Shown piece by piece: positions 1 through 12,293 of a stretch of DNA of 64,000 bases (position 1 is its first letter; each line of letters begins with the position of its first letter). The DNA is from Ptychomitrium polyphyllum. Taxonomy: Eukaryota. Under the pieces are notes generated by a model. The model searched no databases. It saw only the letters and a program-made list of their open reading frames with translations, and was not told where the DNA came from. The position numbers and the translations under genes are program-made. The stretch is from the NCBI GenBank assembly GCA_973851085.1, contig OZ316775.1, forward strand, positions 3,286,001 to 3,350,000. The letters run 5' to 3'.

Positions 1-1568
1 ACATGTCAAGCGCATGACATTCTCCAAGAAGCTGACAAACCTTAGTTATAAACCTTCCACTTGCAAAAGTATATTTGCAATAAGTGAAAATCAATCATGA
101 TTACTATCATCACTTTCCCTAACGGCATCAGCTGCTTCGAAGTGCACGGCAAAGTTGATAGCAGGAAAAAAGAAAGAAGAGAATGTTCCCAAAAACAATT
201 TCTGCATGAATTCAACAAGCATAGGAAGATTGGTCTTGTAAGTACCTTAAAAAGAATACTTTCTTTTTCATCACGGTCAACCCTATCTAGAGCTTCCTTC
301 ACATCTGCCATAAGATTGTTTCTTAAAGACCGCGGCCCTGACGAAGCACTGTTCTCAGTTGCAAAGTTCGAAGATGTATGGGAACAAGACAAAGTACTTT
401 CTGCTTCTCCATTCTCAAACATCTGCAATAGTGCCTTCGCTTGTTCATGCATGATTACAACCTGAGGAAGTCGGAAATAGCGCTCCATGATCCGCTCGCA
501 CATGTATACACATTTCTTAAGCAAACTTCGTGTATCTATAGCAGACTTATTATCATACACGACTTGAAAAATGCTTAGAAGCTCAAGCATCTCCGACCGC
601 AACTCAGGATCAGGAGGGGCAAGGTCCAGAGATGACGCAGAATGCAAACCATTCTGGAACAGAGACGAAGAAGAAGCTTCCCCAAAATCATCTGTAATGA
701 ACTTCTGTGACTCACTATTGCCGCTTTGATCGATCACCTCCGCTACCAGCGTCTGACTGGCGACAGATTGCGAAGTCTTCTGCCTGCTTTCAAACACTCC
801 ATCCCATACCGAAAAATCTGCAAAACCATTGTTGTACTCGTACAAACGTCCATAGTCATCGAATTCTTGGAAACCGCCGGTTCCCTGCGCAAACGTCAAC
901 AATATGAGCTACGATTTGCCCCAATGAGCTCATCAATTTCTTAACAACATTCCAACAGAAAGAAAATCAACGAACTTACACGTTACAACATGAAAACATC
1001 AGAGGGTTCAAGCACTGCTTATTTCATTGCAGTCATCGACGAATCAAAGAAGCCAACTTCGTAAACTGACCAATCACACACGATCAACCACCAAGTTGAA
1101 GCTCTAAACCCTCCTTCTTCCAAACTTGGCTCACCTCTTTGCTTATTTAGACAATGAGTAACAAGTTCAGTATCAATAAGATCTCTACCATACAATGCTC
1201 AACAGGATGAAAGTAGGATAAAACACTCACAAACTTGGCTGAGATTTTGGCGTCGAAGTGAAATAAGCTTGATTTTCAGCGTACTTCACTTCAAGGCAAA
1301 AATTTCTGCCAAATCCCTTCAACCAATCACAAGGCCTCCAACTACCTTAAAGTATCTATCAGAATCAGCCAACTCCACTTCGATCAAGACACAAGCAATA
1401 TTTGAAACCCGTGCTGACAAGCAACAGAAAAAACACCAACCGCACAGTTAAGTGCGCTATCATCAGTCAACTCCCAAGCATAGAGTAGAAACAAGAAGCC
1501 ACACGACTCACCTCATCAGCATCGTCCTCCAACATATCCGCAAAGGCGGCCAGCGAGCTGTCCTCCAT
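1..1568 (-). CDS. Uncharacterised protein-coding gene, 5' part only (continues off the left edge). Predicted exons 1568-1512, 884-246, 31-<1
   Basis: ATG at 1568 gives MEDSSLAAFADMLEDDADE followed by a GTGAGT donor. Acceptor tttgcgcag precedes a 639-nt open exon (GTGGFQEFDD...ESILFK) ending at a GTACTT donor. Acceptor gtttgtcag resumes in frame (LLGECHALDM). All junctions are phase 0. No domain recognised. Confidence 0.65.
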
Positions 1569-1639
1569 GAGGCTCCTGTGAAACACCGGTCGAACGAAAA
1601 CAATCCGCTTCCTCAGGCCTTCCTGCAGCTGCCCTTGCC

Positions 1640-1675
1640 TTTACCCTAAACCTTGAAACCCTAGCAGCAAACCCT
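1640..1675 (-). promoter_or_regulatory. Telo-box-like motifs (AAACCCTA) in the 5' leader of the left-edge gene
   Basis: ttaccctaaaccttgaaaccctag contains a perfect AAACCCTA about 90 nt upstream of the predicted ATG. Telo-boxes are common in plant 5' leaders. Confidence 0.35.
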
Positions 1676-4318
1676 TGTGGCGCAATCAGTACTAAGCAGT
1701 GCAGGCGCTGCACGGACACCAGGCAGCGTAATGGAATGGATGCGGGCCTTACAGTGCGTTCAAATTCGGAACGGTTGGCGGTGGCGCTGTCTCACCAGAC
1801 GTGAGTTGAGTCACTAAAGCCCTGCCAAGGGGCGCCAATTCAGCAGCTGGGCTCTGCCCTGGTGGAGTACGATCTTCCACGGCAAGTGCAAGGCACCGTG
1901 GTGGCTGCCATGGTGACTTAATTGGGAGAGCAGCGCCGGAATGGTGGACAGGACTAGTGTGGCGTTTGGCGCCATCGAGGATCCCTTCCCAAAAGATTCC
2001 GCTGCGTCCCGCTCTTTGTGGCGCCATCCATTCACGCTGGTGACATGTGGCGGCGTACTATACGTCGGTCGTATTGTACTTACGTATATCTGTTACATGT
2101 TAAACTTAAAATACCACTTTTGAGCCGTTCTATAAGTAGTAACTTCCTGCCGCAATGCTTTGGAGGAAATAAAGTACACGTTTTCCTTTTTATAGGTATA
2201 TGACATAATCTTTTTAAAGTTAAAATGAAATAAAGAAATGGATATTTTGGTTGGAATGGTAAGTTAGGAACTAACTCCAAATTTATTTGTAAACGTTTGA
2301 TTTTGGACTTATTAGAACCCCAGCTTTTAACTAAAATATTACATAGAATTTGAAACTATTGAAGTTTAAGAGTAAAATTACAAGTTGCATCTCAATTTAT
2401 AAATAAATTTACAAGTTTCTATTTTAAACAAATGAATAAAAGTGCACAAAGACATTAACAACTTACATATTTGGGCATTGAATGAAATCATGCAATAGTT
2501 TATTATTAGGAGTTTTCAAATTAATCCATTGAAGCTTTTAGCTTATTTTTGCAATTGAAATTGAGCAAAAACATAGAACTTTGAATATTTAAAGAATTCA
2601 TGAAATAAAAAATTTGTTTTACTTAGACTTTATATCTATGCCTACTTGGCATAAGCAAAACGTTTAATAATATTGTCTTATTTAATTTGATAAATTCTTT
2701 ATCATATCATAAGATTTAAATTACAATTTGAAAAAAGGAAAAGAAAATTAGTAAAAAGAGGATGGTAGAGAAGGTTGAAAGGACAAAACATCATTATGGT
2801 AATAATACCAAGTTATATACGTAGTTTCTTGACTAATGTAATTAAAATTCATTTTGAAAACCTTCTAATTTGAAAAATATCAAGTTTTACAATAAAATTT
2901 TACTGGTTAATTTCTCTATTTTTTTTTTAATTGCATTTAAAACTAAACAAAATCACCAATTAATTAATACAATCTAAAATCAATCAAAAAAATTAAATTC
3001 AATTGAAAATTTAGATGAAACTAATTTCAAGCATTCAAATCTTTTAAGATTGAATTTTTTAAATATTCTTTTAGAATTTTGATTATCTTAAATATAATAT
3101 AGTTTAGTTTCTTTTAAATTTAATCATACAATTTTAAACAAAAAGGAATGCTATTTATTTAAATACAAAGTACATAATTGTTAAATTCATCCTTATATCA
3201 CCATTACTTGATAATTTAGAAAAATTATGTTCCCCTTGTTAAAAATAAATTACAGAAGGAAGAAAAATCCTAATTTCGCTTAAAGTTGGCCTAAAAGAAA
3301 ATATATTTCCTATCTGTCTTTATATTAAAGTTGTTTGATCCTAAGCAACTCCATTAAAAATAGTTTCATGTACAGTTTAATTTTTTTCTTATGTATAATT
3401 CCATTAATGGAATAATTTCAATTCCTTTCCATTTGTCATGCATTTATAAGTTTATAACTTTACATAACAAAGTATTTAGATTGTATTCAAAAGTATCTAA
3501 GTTGAGTATTTAAATCACATGAATAGGAAAGTTCCTTCTAAGAATATAATCATAGTAGTGTAATACTAAAGAAGTGCACTTAATCTATTTAGACGATATA
3601 GAATTACACCTTTCCCAATTTCAATGAAACATATTGTTGAATAAACAACAAACTTCCACTCCAACATTAAAATCAAACTTTTTTTTCTCTCACCTATTGT
3701 CATCATCAATGTTTCCCCAAGGGAATCTTCTCCATAACATTGCGAACTCCTTTGACTCTCCAAGCTATAGAGGAAAGTTAAGCAGCACAGTCATCCACTC
3801 CAAAAGAGATACTGAATGATTCTTGTGAGCCTCAACAGGTGCACACAAAACACACTGCAACAGAATTCCATGTCTATGCCCCTAGCAACCCAGCCCATGC
3901 CCATGACTCCATGGCCTTGGTCGTCTGCACTGTGACCCCACCACCACATACCGGCACCGTAGTCTTGTCTTCCCCTCTTGACACGTGCAACATCTCCACC
4001 CAAAAACCGTCGCTGCATCGAAACCAGACGTCATCTACCAAAATCCAAGATTTGACCCCCAGATGTCTACTAAAGGTGCCAGTTTGGAGTGTGCGCCCCT
4101 TTAGATGCTAGCAGGAGCTCACACAAATGCAAAACAGACGTCGTCTCCACGAGAAGCATCATTCGCATCGACGTTGTGTGCATGACAAAACGCTTCTCAA
4201 CCGATGTCTAGAGTCTAGATGATCTTAGGAGCTGTGGGTGCTGGATCGAAGCTTCAAGTTGGAGTGGTGGTGATGATCTAGATTCTAGAGCGTCGAAGAG
4301 ATTCCTGGAAGAGATTCA

Positions 4319-7300
4319 ATGGCTATGGCCGACGGCAAGGTGCTCATCACGGGCGCGTGTGGGTTTCTGGGCAACCTGCTCGCCACGCATCTTGCTTCGC
4401 AGCATGGGGACAACCTCATTCTTCTGGATCATGCTGCACCGCCGGCTAGTCGCGTTGCTGGCGCCCGTTATGTGCGTCCAATTCTGTCATCTCCCACCTC
4501 TCAGTTCTATGTTGTGCCTCTTTGCTGTGGTGTTCTGCAAGGTTGTAGTTTTGAAGAGCTGTGTCACTTCTTTGACTGGTTGGTTGATCGACTGGGATGG
4601 GTCTGGGAATTGGGGTATGTTGGGGAGTTGATTGAATGGCTGGATGGACGTGCTACTGGAATTAGGTGTCTTTGGGTATGTTGAAGGTCGTGGGGAGTAA
4701 CGTATCTGTGTTGCTCGGATTGTATAGTGTGACCTCTAAATCGAGGGCTAACAAATGTGTCCGTACATGTTTTGCTGCTAATTCCTTAGCAACGCTATGT
4801 TTCCTACTTTTCTCTCTAGTCACTTATACCGAGAGGTTGTGCATCTTAGCAAATAATTGTGAATTTGAGGTTGTGTGAGTGGATTTTTGATGGAGGCATG
4901 AGTGGGTGCAATGGTGGAGCAGGTGACTGGAGACATAGCTGATGACAAGTTTCTTGAGTGTGTCATCACGGCAGATGTACGCAGGTATGTGAACACATTT
5001 TAGACCTAATACCCAACACAAACCTTCGCTGTTACGATTGAGTTGGAAGAACAGAGATGGTGGAATCAATCTGGAGAATCCTATTCTTGTGTTCTAATGA
5101 TAGAGAGATGTGTGCGCAGCATATATCACTTGGCAGCACTAGCGAGTTCCGGTTCTGAGGCGAATTATGAGCTAGGTTTAAGGGTATGGCTCTTCTCATG
5201 GCTCGTTGGAAGTGAACGCAATCTTATGGAACTTCTCTCAATCGCCTTCGTTCTTGGCGAATTTTTGCTGATGCAGCTTGTTGTGCACAGGCGAACGTTG
5301 ATGGAACGAGGGCAATTATCAAACGGTGTAAAGATGTGGGGCACTGCCCACGTTTAGTGTTCTCCAGCTCTGTTGCTGTGTATGGTCCTCTGCCAGCAAG
5401 TGTCGTGGTAATGCGGAGATGAATTCCTCGAACTTCCATACAAAATACCAGTTAACGTTGTAGAGTCCTCCTAAAATTCTTGGTTTGTTCGTCAATGGCT
5501 CCTAAATTTAGCCATGTTTCATCTGTTTGTACAGTTGACTATGGGCGTGCAAAGTATACCTTCTTGCTGACTGAATGTCCATAACCACGTCACTGTGTGA
5601 ACCAGGGAGTGGACGGAGGAAAGAATTTCACGGACGCGTCCACTGCATATCCTCAATCCTCATATGGCACACAGGTGTGCACTTTTAGCTTCTTGGTATT
5701 CGGTAGGGTTGTAATCTTATTTTGGGCGATGCATTTCGCCTAAGCCTTGTTAGCTGAAAGATACGAATGTTTGGAATCCTGATCATGAAAGTGTAATTCT
5801 TTGATTCTTCGTGAACACTTTTGAGTAGGGTAAAGCATTCCTGCGACTTGATTCTCACAAATGAGCATGCCTCGAAGGTGTAGCCTGAGTGCATGCTTGT
5901 TTGTGAGAATCAATGAGTTAGAGTGCTTTATACAGCGTAAACCATGACGGATGAGTACCAAGTGCCGTGGCTTACACCGTTTCGACCTTTGTGGGCTTAC
6001 GGCTTGTAAATTTCATCTTTTTTTATAGAGCTGTCATGCTCTCATCTTCAGTGACACGATATTATTCCACCTCAGTCCATCTTGGCGCATGTGAACAGAA
6101 AGTTATATGCGAGCTTTTGATATCAGACGCTACGCGAAAGGGCTTCGTTGATGGACGTTCTCTCAGGCTTCCAACAATTATTGTTAGACCTGGCAGGTAC
6201 ATGATAGAACTTTTTTTTGACCAGCTCATTCTTGCAAGTTGTACATCATCGATCCTTATTGTGGTTCTTCTTTTTAGGCCTAATACTGCGGCATCCTCGT
6301 TTTGCTCCTCGATTATTCGCGAGCCTCTGAAGGGAGAAACAGCAGTGTGCCCCGTCGACCCAAGTTGGCCTCTGTTTGTGCAGGTATTTTCTGGTTTCAT
6401 TTCAGTTGCACCAATGGTGGTATTTAGTGTTACTCATCAAAACTTAGCAAGAGTGAAGCTATCTGCAGGTGAGTTTAATTACAAAGTTGTCATTTTAACA
6501 AGTATATTGTTAGAATTTTACATGAGTGACATTGATATCTTAGTAAACATTTAGTGTATGCTATTCGTATTTAGTGCAAGTGACTCCCAGTACTAATCTA
6601 AATACGAAATTGAATGCAGTTTAGTGTCGTTGTATTACATCACTCTGAGTTTTGCAAATCTGTGATGTGTGTTACCATTTTTCAGTCTCCTAGAACAGTG
6701 GTGCACAATCTGATGCATGCCATGAGCATCAATAGTTTGAAAGGACATGAGAGAGCAATCACTTTGCCGGGCTTAACAGTGAGATTCTCTTCCCTGAATT
6801 TTAAGAAGTTTGTGATTATTTCACATGACTTAGATCGTTGTTGAGTTAGCAAGGATGCATGTATGTCGAGCAAGGGAATATCGATTGAAGCATAATGGTA
6901 CGCAGACAAATCCTAAAGAGATGGTGGAAGCATTGGGCGCGGCTGGTGGTGACACCAAACTGGTGAGTTCATTAAATTCTCGACTGAAAATGTTGGCCTG
7001 CTGAGAGCCCACAAGGTGGTGATGACATAAGTCAGTGTGTGACTTTTGGAGGTTTCTTGAGATGGTGCAATCACTGACCTCATTTCATCAAGTATAAGTT
7101 TTTGGACTTTTGCGTATTTCATGACATTTTCATTATATGAATTGGCGAATTCATCACATCTTATTGTAAGCACAGGTAAAGTGGGAGCTTGATCCTGTCA
7201 TCGAAAAGATCGTGTATAGTTGGCCGGGCTTTGTCGACACTCCTTTTGCCAACTCTATGGGTTTCTATGTAGACAGGTATGTGACCTTTTGGGTATTCTG

Positions 7301-7517
7301 TCCTACTTGACTAGTTGGAGAAAGAATAGGCTTATTCGTAACAACAATGATCAGTTTATCTATGGAATCTAGAAATGCGGACTGCATATGTTTTGATTAA
7401 GGTGCGAAGCTGATGTTGCAAGCTTTTGAAGTTCTGATTTAAGTTCATATTCTCTTATACTACAGGAGTATTCAAGACATAGTTACTGCTTATATCGAAG
7501 ACAGCAAGACAAAGTAA
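4319..7517 (+). CDS. NAD-dependent epimerase/dehydratase family (extended SDR), D-erythronate dehydrogenase DenD-like; 11 exons, about 323 aa
   Basis: Exons 4319-4471, 4923-4984, 5120-5183, 5291-5407, 5606-5674, 6099-6196, 6278-6383, 6686-6778, 6906-6962, 7176-7276, 7466-7517. All introns are GT-AG and the total is 972 nt in frame. Motifs: VLITGACGFLG (Rossmann), IYHLAA, VFSSSVAVYG, catalytic SYGTQK (YxxxK), and GFVDGRSLRLPTIIVRPGRPNTAASSFCSSIIREPL, which I recall as typical of DenD-like proteins. Confidence 0.9.
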
Positions 7518-9883
7518 GGCGACTACTTCGATTCTGCTCCAAAAGATGAGTGTAAAGTATTCATTAGAACAGGTTGTTACTAAAGCCTTATCGTATTATA
7601 GACGTTAAATTTCGCGTCCCAATAAACCTAAGCACAATACCAAGATTTTGGTGAAAAAAGTAGTTCTCATAATGGCACTATGGATGGAGGCTATTAGTGG
7701 CTCATGAGAGGGATGAGCATGCAATACAGAATCCTAATGGAGACTGGTTGTAACAACTGTAGCCGCAGCAACTGGTCTTTTTTCATCAGGTGCTCCGGCC
7801 TTGAACTCGTTTATCCATGTCTTTTATTATCACTATTGCACTGACTTATTCTCAATATATTCCATTGAGGACCACCCTCTAGTGCAATATTGTACTTGTT
7901 TTATGTACAGCCTCGACTGTGGATGCAGACTCCTGGTGCTGCTTGAGAGTTCAATAATGTAGTCGCTACCGTCCAGTTTTCCTTCTTGCCGAGCCAGCCT
8001 TGAGAGGCCTTGTTGTCAGTTAATTAGAGGGGATTACTTGCAGTAGCCTAGTATGTAAATTATATGTATCTTTTGTTGCATACATTTCTGGCAAGAAGTC
8101 TTCAAACATTGCAGCGTAGATTTTCACAATTTTTGAGTTTGGATTTTAACTTTGTCTCAATGTTCCACTAGTGATTAGACCATCCTGCTTTCTAGAATTT
8201 CTGATCATTCTCAAGGGTGCAGGTTCATGAAATTCATCAGGGATGCACCGACTCTTTGTGAGTAAGATGATAACTTAGAAGCTTTCAAAGGCTTGATAAA
8301 TTAGTCTTAACGAGAGCTAGACTAAGAGACTGAAGAGGCTTCATGCACTGTGCAGCAGTTTAAGAGTCATCTTTCATGAATACAACGTATATTTGAGGTA
8401 CAAGATGGAGGATTATACCGAATTATCTTGCAGGTGCTTTCATGACAAGTCTCAACTTTGCCTAAATTTTCTTAACCATTGGAAGTAAATGGAAGTAAGT
8501 TATACAGCAGTATATTTGGGTTGGGAACAAGTCTATTGATCGTGCAAGTTCTGGCCATATGTCAAAATCCCACACTTAAGGTGTTCATCATGATAATCAG
8601 CTGTTGCTGTGTACCAGTTGACCATTACTTGCCAACACTCCCCAATAAAGATGTCTGTCACTGACCAATAGGGCTTCTGCCAAAAAAGGGAACCAATTGC
8701 TTTTACAGAAAATGACAGTGCTCAAATGCTTTTTTCTACATCACCATGAGGTCTTGACGGTGACTCATGAAGACACAGGATTGAAACTCATGTCAAGGCC
8801 ATTTGTGGTTTGGTTTGCTTCTATTTAGGTGTACTGAATCACACATACCACTTTTGATATAATCTCCATGCAGTGATGCAGTGGAATATTTCTCTATTAA
8901 GAAATAATTCACTCAAGGAATTTTAACCAGTGCAATTTAAACTTTGTAAGGAGAAAAAGAAATGAATCATGAATTTATAGGTGGGTAGAGAGGCTGAGTA
9001 GCATGTAATTGCAAACTATGGTCATGATGTCAACCAGCTCATCACTTGTGTTACTCCTTGAAATGCAGCTTGAATGTTGGAAATTTGTATAATTACTCTG
9101 CAAGGGGATTGCATTGTGCAGTAATGCTGATTCTAGACCTAGATGATCACCCAGTTCGGGTTCCAAGGACATTCTTGATCAAAGGTGGGTTCCCAAACTT
9201 GGTTGGGCGCCTCTCTCTGTATGTCAGCTGTCAGGTGATATCTGTAAGCCATGGGAATCCAGTTGACCATCTTTCTCCACGATTTGAACAAGCACCCAGA
9301 GAAATTATTCCTGGACACAACAATGTGAAACATCCATAGTTAACTATCTTCTAAGTTTTCTCCAATTATGCTAATCACTGTGGAAGTCAAGCAGAGGGCT
9401 TGAGAGGAGGCATTGAACTTATTTGGCAGCTTTTGTTTGGTCCCACTCTGTGGTCACAGCAATTTAGAGCAAAGTCACATCTGTACAGCTCTGCAAATAG
9501 TACAACCAGATACACATTACAGTCTTCCTCAGAAGTTTCCCATCTCATTAACTTATGGTGTGTTTCAGGGGGCCAGTTTCCATGTGAGATTTATCCCAAA
9601 CTTTCTATTCAGTCTCAAGCTCTGACAATCATCATGAGTCACCAAAATTGACCTGTTCAAATGCCATGTCTGTTAAGTTTTAAAGCCTGTTTGCAACATA
9701 GAAATCCCTCCTCCAGCGAGCAGATCTTCACTGTGCTCAGTGTCTGATGGATCTGGCCTCCAGTGATGCCAATACCCTATATCAAATACAATTTTGCAAA
9801 ACATTTGACTTCATGCTTAGAAGATGCTCAGTATCACAAGTTAGCCAAGCAGTACTTGCATTTCACACTATTGGCTGTAGCAG

Positions 9884-10270
9884 ATGATGAGCTTCCTAGT
9901 AGTATGTACGGAGCTTTGGATGACCATAGCTCTTATTGAAGCTCAATCATGTCACAATTTCATACACCGAGGTCATTTGATTGCAATCCTCCTTAGACAA
10001 ACCCAGGGGAGGGGGGAAGGGGGGGGGCAATTCAAGGTTGCCCAATACCTGCAGGCAAATGGCCATTGCCAATGAGCATTCATTTGTGGGACCAATTGGA
10101 GCTGATACTGTGGCCTACTTGATTTGTGTTGGGAAGAATGATTGTGGTTTGGGTGTCTGGTTGGCCTGGATGTATGGATTCTAGTACAAAAGTTCAATTC
10201 ACCTCTAAGATGCTGTTCAGCATTGAGATGGGTTCTAAAGTAATGTACTTGGTCTGCAACATAGAATTCA
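9884..10270. promoter_or_regulatory. Distal conserved non-coding block upstream of CESA copy A (homologous to 30540-30905)
   Basis: atgaccatagctcttattgaagctcaatcatgtcacaa here versus atgatcatagctctcattgaagctcaatcatatcacaa at about 30571. Further colinear matches: ttgccaatgag, tttgtgtt.g.aagaatgattg, cagcattgag.tggg. Confidence 0.6.
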
Positions 10271-12231
10271 ACATTGAGATGGTTTCAAGGAATGTATCAG
10301 TTTGTTGAGTATATGAAAACTCTCAAAAGGATTTACCTTAGTGGCCACTCCCTTGGTGCCATGCTGTTCTTCATGTATGCCCTGCGCTGCAGGGAGGGCT
10401 TCCTCCTCTGTCTTTGTATGGGTATTGAAAATTATATAAATTGCACGGCAGTATAGTTACTTGCCCAGTTGGCCTTTGCTCAAAAAGGGTTTTGTTTGAA
10501 AGGAATTGCAATCATGGTAAACTATCCATTTCTACCATCTTCTACTAGAAGATCCAAAATCATCATGCATGCTTTATTATTAAGCACCAAATTCTTATTG
10601 ATTGTGGTAGTTACTGATTATTGTACAAGTGATTAATTAACTGGTCTAGTAGGTACACCCAAATTCAATCTGTTTTATCCCAAAGAGTTACATTTTTAAT
10701 ATTTTTGAAAAAAATCATGCTTTTTATTACACTGGAATTTAAATCTTCTTTTTTACCCATGCAAAACTGTTGAAAACTTATATGTTTTTGCAAAAGCAAG
10801 CATTCCTTGCTGGGACAGTAATGGGCTGTTCCACCTTACATAGTGTGATATTTTGCATGCTCTCATCACATGAGCAAGTGTCCCTGTATTTTAAAGTATC
10901 CATATTTTACTCATCTTCTTGAGCTTTTATGTTAACTTATTTAATATCAGGTGAAGAAACTCATTAATTTTTAAATAAAATTTATGAACCAGATTGTGTG
11001 CTAGAATGTTCCAGGTCCTAGTGATGCTGGAGATAGTAGAAATCCTTTGTTGAAACGTGCAAAGGGTCCAGACTCCACAGCGCAAATTGATAATCAGCAG
11101 TGACAGACATCACAAGTTACATCTGTATTTCTGCTACAAGATGGATACAACTTGATGCAGTAGGTTTGTGTCCTTCATTCGCTCCAATTATACTTGTCAG
11201 GGAGTTGACAACCCCATCAGCGTCAAATTACACTAGGCCACTTACAGGTATCAAAACAAATATAAATTGTTAGTATGTACGCCTGGACTGATAGCCTCAG
11301 ATTCACCTCCCCCTGGCCGAACCAAACTATCTTGACCTGTGAACAAAGTGTATGTCCCCCTTCTCTCCAATGAAATACTTATGTGTTTCTTTGCATAACC
11401 TTCTTTAGCAAATCCTGTTAGTCACCTGGAATAAATAGCACTGAACCCAAAAGATTCTTAATTTTAAACATTCACAACTTTAAATACATTCTCCAAATAA
11501 TACATTTTATTTGGAATCTCTTGTATAAAAAGTCAATAGAGAAATTATGTTTTATTAATAGTAATTGTATTTATTTGCCTTGAAGTCATGGCTATAAATG
11601 TTGTTGTCTTCAAACTAACTCATTTTAACTACTACAAAATGTTAAATGAAAAATATACAAACAAGGAATACATTGGTTTAACTTTGTAAATCAATCTTGT
11701 CTAAGTTTTCACACTATTACTCAATTGGTTCTTTTATGTTTAATTTTCTTGTTTTTTGCAAAAAGAGACATTTGAATATACTAAAAAGCAATTCAACGTC
11801 ATTCAACTTTTCACTTGCAACAACAAAGTTAGTTGAAAGTTCAATCATTTTCACATAAGAACTCATCCATGATTCAAATATATCATTTCTTCACAATATT
11901 TGTATTTAACAATGAATCACATGATTTAATGCAAAATCATTTTTCCTATTTAGTTGGAGCATATATATTATATACCAATACAAAATGTAGAGTTGAAACT
12001 CAACAATCATCTTGTAAGCCTCCAACCTACACTTAATGCTCAAAGTGGTCATTTCAAAGTTTTTTTAATGTTGATAACTTTTATGCCCAATTAGAATTTG
12101 AAAATTGTTAACCTAGTATTATTTAGTATTGATAGCCATTATTGCAAGCTAAGGGAGAAAGTCCTAAGATTCTAGTGATAAGGTTATGTAATTGGTAATT
12201 TGCAAGAATGCTCTCCAATGATGATTTATAA

Positions 12232-12293
12232 TTGGTATTTGATATTTTATATGATTAAATAGGTGGTATTTGATATTTTATATTGATTAAATC
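12232..12293. repeat. Two-copy tandem repeat of about 31 bp
   Basis: tggtatttgatattttata(t)tgattaaat repeated head-to-tail. Confidence 0.7.

Noticed and set aside
10005..10028. G-run (potential G-quadruplex) inside the distal block of CESA-A
   Set aside because: Absent from the homologous block upstream of CESA-B, so unlikely to be the conserved function.
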